Shown here: positions 36,789 through 46,007 of the stretch, piece after piece
How the letters are laid out: each line of letters begins with the position of its first letter
Numbering within the stretch: the first letter of the stretch is position 1
Assembly (NCBI GenBank): GCA_041674925.1
Contig: JBAYUW010000002.1
Span: forward strand, 13,622-77,621
Direction: 5' to 3'
DNA: 64,000 nucleotides
From: Minisyncoccota bacterium
Lineage (GTDB): Bacteria; Patescibacteriota; Minisyncoccia; Phycocordibacterales; GWA1-40-21
The notes under the pieces: model-generated
Told to the model about the DNA's origin: nothing
The model's input: the letters and a program-made list of their open reading frames with translations, nothing else
Databases searched by the model: none
Position numbers and translations under genes: made by a program

Positions 36789-37245
36789 ACAAGTATTTTA
36801 CTTTCACCCTTCTCTCTCGTCCTTCACCAGCCGATTCGGTGCTGATATCGGGTTGCCCAGCCAAAGTGCTGTGAACCACCATTCTTTCATAAGAAGACAT
36901 TGGGTCCATCAAGACATCGGTTTTTAGATCACGGGCTTCTTGTGCGGCATTTAAAGCTTTTGTTTTGATTCTTTCATCAGATTTTGATTGAAGGTCATTT
37001 ATGTCTATCGTGCATTTGAAGAGCTCCTCGCCCGGTTTGGCATTTTTATTGAAGATTCTTTTTAGAAGAAAAACTAAATCGCGACTCAAATCCTCTCTCT
37101 CTCGAGATAGATTTTCAAAGTCCACACTTTTGATTGAAAAAACGTGACCTCTCTTGTCGTCAAGGCGATAGGCGACTGATTCGGTGGCTACCCCCATTAA
37201 TCGGAAGATATCCTCGATTATTATTTTGGCTTTTTCTGCTTCCAT
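36781..37245 (-). CDS. jag: Jag/KhpB-like RNA-binding protein (KH + R3H)
   Basis: 154 aa. C-terminal R3H-like MSSYERMVVHSTLAGQPDISTESAGEGRERRVKV. Lies downstream of yidC. Confidence 0.75.
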   Translation of the reverse strand: MEAEKAKIIIEDIFRLMGVATESVAYRLDDKRGHVFSIKSVDFENLSREREDLSRDLVFLLKRIFNKNAKPGEELFKCTIDINDLQSKSDERIKTKALNAAQEARDLKTDVLMDPMSSYERMVVHSTLAGQPDISTESAGEGRERRVKVKYLSI

Positions 37246-37249
37246 GTTT

Positions 37250-37978
37250 TTATTTGGCTAACTTTTTTCGTAAATAAAGCTCCTGACCGATGGCAAACAC
37301 ACTCGATGTGATCAAGTATAATGAAACGATTGCGGCAAAACTGCGGGCAATAAAGAACATGAAGATTGGCATGACATATTTCATCTGCATATTCATACTT
37401 TTTGCTAGTTCGTTTTGAAATGACGGTGCCGCCTTATCATTTTCAACCTTTTTCATCGCCGGCAGAGTAAATTTAATCTGTAAATACTGCCCCAGAGCCA
37501 CCACAATGGCCAAGATGGTGTTTTTCTGTGTAATATCAAACATTCCCAAGAAGACCTTATTAATCTCGCCTGGGGCTTTTATAAACGAATACAAGGTTTC
37601 TGTGTGAATAACGTCTAGTCCGCCTTTATAAAAAACCATATATAGGGCGATTAGGATGGGAAGTTGGATTAAAGCGAGAAATATTCCAGAAAAAGGATTG
37701 ATACCCCTTTCTTTGTACAAATTCATTGTCTTTAGCGCTTGTTCTTGTTTATTATCTTTGTATTTAGTTTTAATCTCATCAATTTCCGGCTGAATCTTTC
37801 TCATCTCAATCTGACCTCGAACGGATTTTTGAGATAGGGGAAATAGAACCAATTTAATAAAAATAGTAAACAAAATGACGACGATACCAGCATCAATCCA
37901 AGGAAAAGCCTCAATAAAACCAATAAAGATATTGTAGAGGGGGCGATATAAGACGGCATTAAAAACAGTTGAGAACAT
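37250..37978 (-). CDS. yidC: Membrane protein insertase YidC (short form)
   Basis: 242 aa. Multi-TM, KIQPEIDEIKTKYKDNKQEQ...MNLYKERGINP motif. Confidence 0.9.
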   Translation of the reverse strand: MFSTVFNAVLYRPLYNIFIGFIEAFPWIDAGIVVILFTIFIKLVLFPLSQKSVRGQIEMRKIQPEIDEIKTKYKDNKQEQALKTMNLYKERGINPFSGIFLALIQLPILIALYMVFYKGGLDVIHTETLYSFIKAPGEINKVFLGMFDITQKNTILAIVVALGQYLQIKFTLPAMKKVENDKAAPSFQNELAKSMNMQMKYVMPIFMFFIARSFAAIVSLYLITSSVFAIGQELYLRKKLAK

Positions 37979-38001
37979 TTAGTGAGTATAGCCTAAAAAG
38001 C

Positions 38002-38346
38002 TTACTCTTTCAAGATTTTGGCCTTTTTCAGCAACACCACAACCTCTTTAGCTATTTCTGAATAGGGTAGTTGGGAAATATCTTTCTTAACAAAGACTAG
38101 ACCAGAACTGTCTGTTTTAATGTTTAATAGCTCTTTTTCAACCACCGATGATATTCTTCTTTTGATCCAGTGTCGGCCGACCGAGGTTTTTTTGACTTTG
38201 TTGGGGATAATAAAGGAAAAAGTGGGTATTTTTTGCTCTTTTTTAATCAAAAGACGTAAATACAGGTTTTCCCCATGGAAAAACTGGCCGTTTTTCATAA
38301 TTTCGGCGAAAAACTCTTTCTTAACCCTATTTTTAATGGGAAGCAT
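38002..38346 (-). CDS. rnpA: Ribonuclease P protein component
   Basis: 114 aa. Lies between rpmH and yidC; VGRHWIKRRI (RNR-like) motif. Confidence 0.85.
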   Translation of the reverse strand: MLPIKNRVKKEFFAEIMKNGQFFHGENLYLRLLIKKEQKIPTFSFIIPNKVKKTSVGRHWIKRRISSVVEKELLNIKTDSSGLVFVKKDISQLPYSEIAKEVVVLLKKAKILKE

Positions 38347-38484
38347 TTAAACGGTGCTTAGTCGCTTTCGGCCCTTTTGCATTCGTTTCTTTAAAACTCT
38401 CTTACCATAAGAAGTTCGGCTTCTGGATAAGAAACCGTGCTTTTTTGCTCTTTTAGCTTTTTTAGGTTTATATGTAAATGACAT
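38347..38484 (-). CDS. rpmH: 50S ribosomal protein L34
   Basis: Not in the ORF track (45 aa). Translates to MSFTYKPKKAKRAKKHGFLSRSRTSYGKRVLKKRMQKGRKRLSTV. The stop abuts the rnpA start. Confidence 0.9.
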   Translation of the reverse strand: MSFTYKPKKAKRAKKHGFLSRSRTSYGKRVLKKRMQKGRKRLSTV

Positions 38485-38492
38485 AATTGCAG

Positions 38493-38521
38493 AGTATAGT
38501 TGATTTAAACAGTAATGTCAA
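38493..38521 (-). promoter_or_regulatory. Canonical promoter TTGACA-N17-TATACT, 8 nt upstream of the rpmH ATG
   Basis: -35 at 38516-38521 and -10 at 38493-38498 (minus-strand reading). DnaA-box-like 8/9 matches also lie in 38560-38586. Confidence 0.6.
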
Positions 38522-38626
38522 TCAAATATTAAAAAACTTTTCCCCAAGTTATAAACAACTTATCAACATAAATACCTCTTTTCCACAACTTCTCGATTTT
38601 ATAATTCAGTATATAATCAATGAAGC

Positions 38627-39973
38627 ATGAGTGAAGATAATAAAAAACTTTGGGAAAGTGTTTTGGCGGAAATAGAACTGGCAATCTCTAAGCCAAACTT
38701 TAGTATGTGGTTTAAAGACACTTTAATTACCAAACAAGAGGGTGGGGTGGTTTTTGTTGGTGTGCCAAATGTTTTTGTAAAAGATTGGTTGATAAATAAA
38801 TATCACAAGAATATTCTCAAAAGCCTTCGTGGTTTTGGTGAACATATTCGTGGAGTAGAATATTTGGTTGTTAAACACGAAGCAAAAAAAGAAGCCCCCA
38901 AAGAAGCCGTGCCGACAGTGAACCCAAACGAATTACCACTACAAGACTTTTATATAAACAAGGAAGACAACTTAAACCCTAAATACACCTTTGAGACCTT
39001 TGTGGTTGGTCCTTTTAATGAACTGGCTTATGCGGCAACTCAGGCCATCATCAAACGTACAGCGATCTATAATCCTTTGTTTGTTTATGGTGGCACTGGT
39101 CACGGCAAAACCCATTTAATTCAAGCGGTGGGGAACCATATCAAGCAAGCGTCCCCGAATAAAAAAATATATTACCTAACTTCCGAAAAATTTGCCGTGG
39201 ATTTAATGAACTCGATCTCGGTTGGTAGTGCTAATCTATTCAAAGAAAAATACCGAAAGTATGACGTTTTGATTGTTGATGATATTCAATTCTTTGCTGG
39301 TAAACAAAAAACGGAGGAGGAGTTTTTCCACTTATTCAATAGTTTTTATGACAACAACAAACAAATTATCTTCTCTTCCGACAAACACCCAAATTTCATC
39401 CAAGGCTTGGAAGACCGTTTAAAATCAAGGTTAAATTCCGGTATGATAGTAGAAATACCCAGTCCGGACTTGGAATCTCGGATTCAAATATTTCGAATCA
39501 AGTCTAATATGATGAACTTTTCTATCTCCCCCGAGACGACCGAGTACCTCGCTTCTTCTGTGGAGGGAAATATTAGAGAGCTCGAGGGAGTATTAAACTC
39601 TATTATTTGCCAATCAAAACTAAAAGGACGAGACCTAACTATTAATGAAATTAAGGATTTAATAAAAAACAATTTAAAACCAAAGAAAACCTCCTCAATT
39701 AAGGATGTGGTCAAGACCATCGCGGAATTTTATGGTATTACCGAAGCAGAGGTGTATGAAAAAACCAGAAAAAAGTCGGTGGTTAAACCGAGACAGGTGA
39801 TTATGTATCTTTTGCGTGAGGATTTTGACGTTTCTTATCCTACAATTGGTGAAAAGTTGGGTGGAAAAGATCACACGACTGTTATGCACTCTTACGAGAA
39901 GGTAAAAGAAGACCTAAAAACTGATTCGTCTTTAATTAGAGAGATTAGTCAATTACGGTCAATGTTGAATTAG
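38627..39973 (+). CDS. dnaA: Chromosomal replication initiator DnaA
   Basis: 448 aa. GGTGHGKTHL, VDDIQFF, C-terminal DNA-binding EKLGGKDHTTVMHS. TATAAT lies 9 nt upstream of the ATG. Confidence 0.95.
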   Translation: MSEDNKKLWESVLAEIELAISKPNFSMWFKDTLITKQEGGVVFVGVPNVFVKDWLINKYHKNILKSLRGFGEHIRGVEYLVVKHEAKKEAPKEAVPTVNPNELPLQDFYINKEDNLNPKYTFETFVVGPFNELAYAATQAIIKRTAIYNPLFVYGGTGHGKTHLIQAVGNHIKQASPNKKIYYLTSEKFAVDLMNSISVGSANLFKEKYRKYDVLIVDDIQFFAGKQKTEEEFFHLFNSFYDNNKQIIFSSDKHPNFIQGLEDRLKSRLNSGMIVEIPSPDLESRIQIFRIKSNMMNFSISPETTEYLASSVEGNIRELEGVLNSIICQSKLKGRDLTINEIKDLIKNNLKPKKTSSIKDVVKTIAEFYGITEAEVYEKTRKKSVVKPRQVIMYLLREDFDVSYPTIGEKLGGKDHTTVMHSYEKVKEDLKTDSSLIREISQLRSMLN

Positions 39974-40191
39974 GAAAAGCTGTGGAAAAAACAAAATAAA
40001 CTGTGAGAAAATAAAATGAAAAAGTGGATAAAAAAAGAAAATAGAAAAGAAGAAGAAAGTAATAAAATTTTTATCAACAGCTTAAATAAAAATATTAAGA
40101 AATAATGAAGAAGAATAAGAGTATAAAAAGTTATCAACTTATCCACAACACTAATAATAATATCTTTTATAAGTTTAATAAATAAAAAAAC
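39974..40191. other. Candidate oriC (dnaA-dnaN intergenic region with a DnaA-box cluster and AT-rich unwinding stretch)
   Basis: Perfect TTATCCACA at 40139-40147. 8/9 boxes at 39981-39989, 40023-40031 and 40071-40079. 7/9 boxes at 40002-40010 and 40131-40139. Nearly pure A/T run at 40153-40190. Confidence 0.75.
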
Positions 40192-41292
40192 ATGAAAGTC
40201 GAATGTTCTAAAGAAAAATTCTGTTCTGCAGTTTCAAAATCAGAAAAGGTAACTGGAAAGAATATGACCCTACCGATTTTGTCTTGTATTTTAATTGAAG
40301 CCAAGAACAACCTAATGATTTTTAAAGCCACCAATCTAGATTTAGGTATCGAGGTTAGTATTCCCGCGAAAGTCTCAAAAGAGGGCCTGGTGGCCGTCCC
40401 AGGCTCTGTTTTGAATGGTTTTTTAGCTAATCTATCTAGCGACAATAACTTATTAATAGAAGAAAAAGATGGTAATTTACATATTTCTAACGGCAGTAGT
40501 CAGGCAACGATTAAAAGTCACCCAACAGATGATTTTCCAAGTATTCCTAGGGTTAAAGATGGCAAAAGTCATGAAATAAGCTCGTCGGAATTTGTTAAGG
40601 GATTAAAGGCTGTAAATTACAGCGCCTCTTTTTCAAGTATTAAACCAGAATTATCTAGTGTTTATATACACGCCGACAGCGAAGGTTTACTATTTGTCGC
40701 CACCGACTCGTTTCGTTTGGCGGAAAAAAGAATTAAGGGTAAAAAAACCGAAGATTTTGGTCAAATACTGATTCCATTTAAAAACGTCAACGATCTTTTA
40801 AAAATCATCGGCGATGAAAAAGATCTTTTGGAGATTAATTTTACTAAAAATCAAATATCTTTAACTTACAAAGATACCTACATTGTTTCTCGGGTAATCG
40901 ACGGTATTTTCCCAGATTATAAACAAATTATTCCAAAAGAATTCAAAACCGAGGTGGTACTATTAAAACAAGACCTAATCAACACCTTGAAAATCTCCAA
41001 CATATTCTCTGATAGTTTTAATCAAATAAATATCAAGGTTTCACCAAGTGATAAAAAACTAGAATTAAAAACTAAAAACACGAATATTGGAGAAAATGTG
41101 AATAAACTATCAGCAGTTATCACCGGTGAAGCAATCGAGATTAACTTTAATTACAAGTATATTATTGATTGTTTCCAATCCATTGATTCCGACAGTGTTT
41201 CTTTGTCTTTTAATGGCCTAAATAAACCAATGGTAATCCGTGGAGTGTCTGATAAAACCTTCACCTACCTTGTAATGCCAATGAATAGATAG
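40192..41292 (+). CDS. dnaN: DNA polymerase III beta sliding clamp
   Basis: 366 aa, immediately after dnaA/oriC. LLFVATDSFRLA and C-terminal MPM motifs. Confidence 0.9.
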   Translation: MKVECSKEKFCSAVSKSEKVTGKNMTLPILSCILIEAKNNLMIFKATNLDLGIEVSIPAKVSKEGLVAVPGSVLNGFLANLSSDNNLLIEEKDGNLHISNGSSQATIKSHPTDDFPSIPRVKDGKSHEISSSEFVKGLKAVNYSASFSSIKPELSSVYIHADSEGLLFVATDSFRLAEKRIKGKKTEDFGQILIPFKNVNDLLKIIGDEKDLLEINFTKNQISLTYKDTYIVSRVIDGIFPDYKQIIPKEFKTEVVLLKQDLINTLKISNIFSDSFNQINIKVSPSDKKLELKTKNTNIGENVNKLSAVITGEAIEINFNYKYIIDCFQSIDSDSVSLSFNGLNKPMVIRGVSDKTFTYLVMPMNR

Positions 41293-41294
41293 TT

Positions 41295-41552
41295 ATGTTT
41301 AATATTTCTTCTTATTTAGAAAAGTTTAAAAACATTGGGCAGAGTGAAAGATTACTAAAAGAGACTATCCTGTCTATAATTAAAGAGGTAACTGGTATTG
41401 TCTTGGGCGTTGGAAATATTAAAGTGAAAAACAACAGCGAAGTACTTTTAAGTGTTTCACCAGCTGTTAAAAATACTATTTATATCAAAAAAGAGTTAAT
41501 TTTAAATAAAATTAAAGAAAAAAGCGGACAAAATATTATCTCGTTACGGTAA
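41295..41552 (+). CDS. Small protein, possibly DUF721/DciA-like
   Basis: 85 aa. NIKVKNNSEVLLSVSPAVKNTIYIKKELILNKIKEKSGQNIISLR parallels the DUF721 pattern (...L.V.V.S......L......L...L......I..I.F). Sits next to dnaN. Confidence 0.4.
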   Translation: MFNISSYLEKFKNIGQSERLLKETILSIIKEVTGIVLGVGNIKVKNNSEVLLSVSPAVKNTIYIKKELILNKIKEKSGQNIISLR

Positions 41553-44037
41553 ACTCAATTTCTTCCTCGCTACGATTATAGGCTGAATCGGTTGCGACTA
41601 TTTTTAGGGTATTTTTTCCACGAGAAACAGCACTTATTTCGTTTGGCATAAAGGAAAAAAGAAATGGTGCTAAACTTGATGAACCAAGATAGTTTTCGTT
41701 TATATAAAAATCCATTTTTGATACCGGGTAGCTACTTTGAAGTGAGGTCTGAATTGTAATTTTTTGATCCGGGGCGTATCGCTCGTCCGTGTTTGGGGAA
41801 ATGATTTTTATTTTTGGTTTTTTGGAGTTGGTGTGAACATCGTCTCTATCTGTTGGTTTTACAGGGCTGGGCAAATACTGAGTTTTAAGCCACTGCTCTA
41901 CTGGATATTCCCAATATTTAAATTGCGGGTCATTGGCTGGGTTTTGGGGTATTTCTCCGTGCGGGTCGCTTTTATTAACCCAGTAAAGTATTTCATGGAC
42001 ATTTGTCTCATAAACTTCTTTTTGAGTTTCTGGGGGTGTTAGGTCTGTTGCTAGTTTTCCAGATACCGTGTCGATGGTGAAATAATTATAACCCTGCCAA
42101 ATTCCACGAAAAACCGGCTTGATTTCTTTAGGGGTTGGCTCTGGCTCGGTGAAATATTCTTTAGGTAGTGTTTTTAAGGCCTCGTTCATAAAAGCGTGCC
42201 ATAAGGGCGCCACCACCATTCCCGAAGTTTTTTTATCAACCGGACGGTTGTCGTTGTTTCCCGCCCATGCCCCAACCACTAAGTTTGGGGTATAACCCAC
42301 TACCCAAGAGTCACGGAAATCGTTTGAGGTACCAGTTTTTACCGCCACAGGCCGATCGGCAAAATATAATGAAGAGTTCGCTCCAAACATCGGTGTTCTA
42401 GCCACATTGTCAGATAAAATACTGGATATTTTATTAGTTATCTCTTCAGCTATTACTTGTTCCGATCGAAGAGAAAACTCCTCAAGAATCTTTCCGCTCG
42501 CATCCTCAATTTTTAAAATCGGGGTGTGAGAGTTTTTAATCCCCTGGGTCGCAAAAACACCATAAGCACTAGTCATCTCTAGTGGTGAAACTTCACCACC
42601 TCCCAAAACCAAAGTTAAACCATACTGATTTTTATCACCTAAGCTGGTGATCCCCATTTTCTCGGCTGTCTTGATTGAATCGGTAATACCGGCAAGATAC
42701 AAAACTTTAATTGCGGGGATGTTTCTAGATTGTGCCAGAGCGTTCCTGAAGGTAATTGGACCAACAAATTTACCGTCGTAATTATTTGGCATATAGCATT
42801 CGTCAGAACTTCCTCCACCGATCGCCACCCCTTGATAATTACAGGTGGTTTGAAATTGTGTTGGTAAATCAAAGACAACCGTGTCTGGTGTATAGCCTTT
42901 TTCAAAAGCGGTTGCATAAACAAAAGGCTTGAAGGCCGAACCAGGTTGTCGGTGGGCGACAGCTACATTAAAATTTCCATCAATTTCTTTATCAAAGTAA
43001 TCCCTCGAGCCAACCATTACCAAGATTTGCCCCGTTTTTGGATCAATTGCCACCACCGCAGCATTCTCGGCGTCGAAAGTCTTTTTGTTTTCTAAGGCAT
43101 ATTTTTTAGCAATTTCTTCAGCTTTACTTTGCAAACTGTAATCCAAAGTCGTGATAATTTTTAAACCACCCTCACGCACCATCTTTTCTCCATATTTATC
43201 TTCCAGATATTGCCTAACAAAATCGACAAAATGAGGGGCTTTGATGCTATTTCCTTCACGGGTTTTAAATACCACCACTTCATTTTTAGATGAACCGTAT
43301 TCTTTCTCTGTGATAAAGTGATGCTCTAACATTTTTTCCAATACCAAATTCTTTCGATTGTCTAAGCGGTCTTTGTTGTTTCCGTAAGGTGAATAGAAGG
43401 TCGGGGCATTGGGAATCGCGGCTAAATAAGCCGCCTCGGCCAGGGTCACATCGGCAGACTTTTTCCCAAAAAATGTCTGAGACGCCTCTTCAACCCCATA
43501 AATGCTTCCACCATAAGGACTTTCATTTAAATAAATTTCCAGAATTTCTTCTTTTGTCATCACCTTTTCAAGTTTAATTGCTAGTACCCACTCTTTAATC
43601 TTTCTCGAGATAATTTTTTCGGATGTTAACAAAGAGTTTTTGATTACTTGCTGGGTAATTGTCGAACCACCTTGGGTTGACCCACCAGTTAAGTTAGATA
43701 AAACCGCTCGAACGATCGCGGTGACTTTAATTCCACCATGTTCATAAAAATCAGCATCCTCAATCGCCACCGTCGCTTTTTTGACATAATTAGAGATCTC
43801 CTCATAAGGGACAACTTTTCTCTTAATGTCTTGATTTACATCGAAGAGTAAGATTTCACCTGTCCGGTCGTATATTTTTGTGCTTTGGAGAACAATTCGA
43901 TCATCAAAAGATTTCAAATCCGGCACCCTAAAAGTCGCAAACCAGAAAGTAATTAAACCCAAACAAATAAAAACGAAACTGATAACGGAAATAACGATCG
44001 TTTTCAGGTGTTTTTTAACAAACTTTAATTTTTTCAT
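41536..44037 (-). CDS. Class A penicillin-binding protein (transglycosylase + transpeptidase) with C-terminal extension
   Basis: 833 aa. EDADFYEHGG, GGSTITQQ, RKIKEW (GT51); SAFKPF, SRN, KTGT (TPase). Confidence 0.9.
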   Translation of the reverse strand: MKKLKFVKKHLKTIVISVISFVFICLGLITFWFATFRVPDLKSFDDRIVLQSTKIYDRTGEILLFDVNQDIKRKVVPYEEISNYVKKATVAIEDADFYEHGGIKVTAIVRAVLSNLTGGSTQGGSTITQQVIKNSLLTSEKIISRKIKEWVLAIKLEKVMTKEEILEIYLNESPYGGSIYGVEEASQTFFGKKSADVTLAEAAYLAAIPNAPTFYSPYGNNKDRLDNRKNLVLEKMLEHHFITEKEYGSSKNEVVVFKTREGNSIKAPHFVDFVRQYLEDKYGEKMVREGGLKIITTLDYSLQSKAEEIAKKYALENKKTFDAENAAVVAIDPKTGQILVMVGSRDYFDKEIDGNFNVAVAHRQPGSAFKPFVYATAFEKGYTPDTVVFDLPTQFQTTCNYQGVAIGGGSSDECYMPNNYDGKFVGPITFRNALAQSRNIPAIKVLYLAGITDSIKTAEKMGITSLGDKNQYGLTLVLGGGEVSPLEMTSAYGVFATQGIKNSHTPILKIEDASGKILEEFSLRSEQVIAEEITNKISSILSDNVARTPMFGANSSLYFADRPVAVKTGTSNDFRDSWVVGYTPNLVVGAWAGNNDNRPVDKKTSGMVVAPLWHAFMNEALKTLPKEYFTEPEPTPKEIKPVFRGIWQGYNYFTIDTVSGKLATDLTPPETQKEVYETNVHEILYWVNKSDPHGEIPQNPANDPQFKYWEYPVEQWLKTQYLPSPVKPTDRDDVHTNSKKPKIKIISPNTDERYAPDQKITIQTSLQSSYPVSKMDFYINENYLGSSSLAPFLFSFMPNEISAVSRGKNTLKIVATDSAYNRSEEEIEFTVTR

Positions 44038-44077
44038 ATTTTGGTCATTATAACATAAATATGCTATATTTTAAGGT

Positions 44078-45292
44078 ATGAAAATAGATACCGATCCCAA
44101 AAAAATCGAGGAGATTTTATCACGAAGTGTGGTAAATATTTACCCAACCAGCGACTTTCTTAAAAAACAGCTTTTAAGTGGTAAAAAATTAAGAATTTAT
44201 TCTGGGGCTGATGCCACTGGACCAAAGCTTCACCTTGGGCACTCAACTAATTTTATGATTTTAGAGAAGTTGAGACAATTGGGTCACGAGGTAATAATTT
44301 TATTTGGTGATTTTACCGCGAGAATCGGTGATCCAACCGGCAAAGATATGGCCAGAAAATCATTAACCAAAACGGAGGTAGAAAAAAATATAAAAACCTG
44401 GAAAAAACAACTCAGTAGAATTATAAAAATAAGCAAGTTTGGTGATGGTGCAAAAATTGTAAAAAATAGTCATTGGTTATCGAAGTTGGATTTTGAAGAT
44501 GTGGTCAAACTTGCCTCGAATTTCACCCTTCAACAAATGGTGGAAAGAGATATGTTCCAAAAGAGAATGGTAGAAAAAAAGCCGATCTATCTTCACGAAT
44601 TTTTATATCCTTTAATGCAGGGCCAGGACTCAGTCGCCTTAGATGTCGATATGGAGATTGGTGGTAATGATCAAACCTTTAACATGCTTACCGGTCGTAC
44701 GCTACAAAAAATCGCTAGAAATAAGGAAAAAATAGTGATGACGACTACTTTATTGATTAACTCTAAAACGGGGGGGAAATTAATGAATAAAAGTGAGGGT
44801 AATGTAATTGGCTTGGATGATGAAGTGTCTGACATGTTTGGTAAGGTTATGTCTCTACCAGATGAGGCAATAATTCCAATTTTTACAGACTGTACTCATG
44901 TTTCTCTAGAAGAAATTAGTAAAATTAAACAAGATTTAGAAACCGGCGTTAACCCAAGAGATTTAAAAGTTCGATTAGCGAAAGAGATTGTGACTATTTA
45001 TCACAGCAAAGAAAAAGCTGATCAAGCCGAGAAAAATTTTATTGAAACATTTAAAAACGGGGGACTACCCGAAAAAATCGACGAGATCGGCGCTGCGAAT
45101 GGAGACTTACTTTCCGAGCTTACGGTTAAATCTGGACTTGTTAAATCCAAAGGCGAATTCCGACGTTTAGTTGAAGAGGGCGCTGTCAGCAATCAAGAAA
45201 CCAATAAAAAAATCACTGACCCTAATTTTAAGGTAATCAGCACCTCTATTTTTAAGATTGGAAAGAGAAGATTTCTAAAAATTAAAATCTAG
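44078..45292 (+). CDS. tyrS: Tyrosyl-tRNA synthetase
   Basis: 404 aa. HLGH, KMSKS-like KLMNKS, C-terminal S4-like KSKGEFRRLVEEGAV. TGcTATATT-N7-ATG. Confidence 0.85.
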   Translation: MKIDTDPKKIEEILSRSVVNIYPTSDFLKKQLLSGKKLRIYSGADATGPKLHLGHSTNFMILEKLRQLGHEVIILFGDFTARIGDPTGKDMARKSLTKTEVEKNIKTWKKQLSRIIKISKFGDGAKIVKNSHWLSKLDFEDVVKLASNFTLQQMVERDMFQKRMVEKKPIYLHEFLYPLMQGQDSVALDVDMEIGGNDQTFNMLTGRTLQKIARNKEKIVMTTTLLINSKTGGKLMNKSEGNVIGLDDEVSDMFGKVMSLPDEAIIPIFTDCTHVSLEEISKIKQDLETGVNPRDLKVRLAKEIVTIYHSKEKADQAEKNFIETFKNGGLPEKIDEIGAANGDLLSELTVKSGLVKSKGEFRRLVEEGAVSNQETNKKITDPNFKVISTSIFKIGKRRFLKIKI

Positions 45293-45465
45293 AAGTTATC
45301 AACGTCGTTGTATTCGCTGAATTCTTCGATAAAAGTATCTTCGATAATTGCCGGGTCGATCATTGCATCCTCACTACCCAGCGCTTCATCTTCTAAAGAA
45401 TCACCCCCTTTCTTTTTTGGGGCCACTTCCTCGTCTTTAATTTTGCTATTTTTTTTCTTCGCCAT
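45289..45465 (-). CDS. Possible 58-aa acidic protein (not in ORF track)
   Basis: ATG at 45465. MAKKKNSKIKDEEVAPKKKGGDSLEDEALGSEDAMIDPAIIEDTFIEEFSEYNDVDNF. Last gene after yebC-ruvC on the same strand. Antisense to the low-complexity TTG ORF 45308-45493. Confidence 0.3.
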   Translation of the reverse strand: MAKKKNSKIKDEEVAPKKKGGDSLEDEALGSEDAMIDPAIIEDTFIEEFSEYNDVDNF

Positions 45466-45516
45466 AATTTTTATATTAATAGCACGGCTGTAAAAGTTTG
45501 CAAGGGGTCAAAAGGC

Positions 45517-46005
45517 TTAGGCCTGTGGAAAACTTTTAATCGTGGCGAAATAAGTCAGCCCCACCGCGATCGCATCGTATTCGTCGTCGTGTTTTATTTC
45601 TTTTTTTATTTCAATCAAACGGTCGACCATATCAATAATCTGTCTTTTATCACTCTTTCCATAGCCGGTCACCGCAACTTTTATTTCCAATGGGGTAAAC
45701 TCCCTCACTGTTAAACCGTTTTTAGCCGCTTCATATAAAATCACTCCTCTTGCCTCACTAACCTTCATGGCCGTCTTAGCGTTTGTTTCAAAAAAAAGTG
45801 TTTCTATCGCCAGCGCCCCGGGTTTATATTTTTTAATTATCTTAGAAACCTCAGCGCCAATCAAATTTAATCTTTTTTCATGTTTCTCTATTGCTAAGGT
45901 TTTAAAGCATTCAGAAAAAAGCAAAGTCTCTCTACTTCCAGAAACTTTTTCTAATATCGCGACCCCCAATCTTTCATAACCAGGATCAATGGCAACAATT
46001 TTCAT
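45517..46005 (-). CDS. ruvC: Holliday junction resolvase RuvC
   Basis: 162 aa. MKIVAIDPGYERLGVAIL ... DAIAVG. Confidence 0.9.
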   Translation of the reverse strand: MKIVAIDPGYERLGVAILEKVSGSRETLLFSECFKTLAIEKHEKRLNLIGAEVSKIIKKYKPGALAIETLFFETNAKTAMKVSEARGVILYEAAKNGLTVREFTPLEIKVAVTGYGKSDKRQIIDMVDRLIEIKKEIKHDDEYDAIAVGLTYFATIKSFPQA

Positions 46006-46007
46006 CT

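Noticed and set aside
45308-45493. 61-aa plus-strand ORF
   Set aside because: It has a TTG start and a low-complexity Ser/Phe/Ile composition, and it lies antisense to a more protein-like ATG-initiated ORF.
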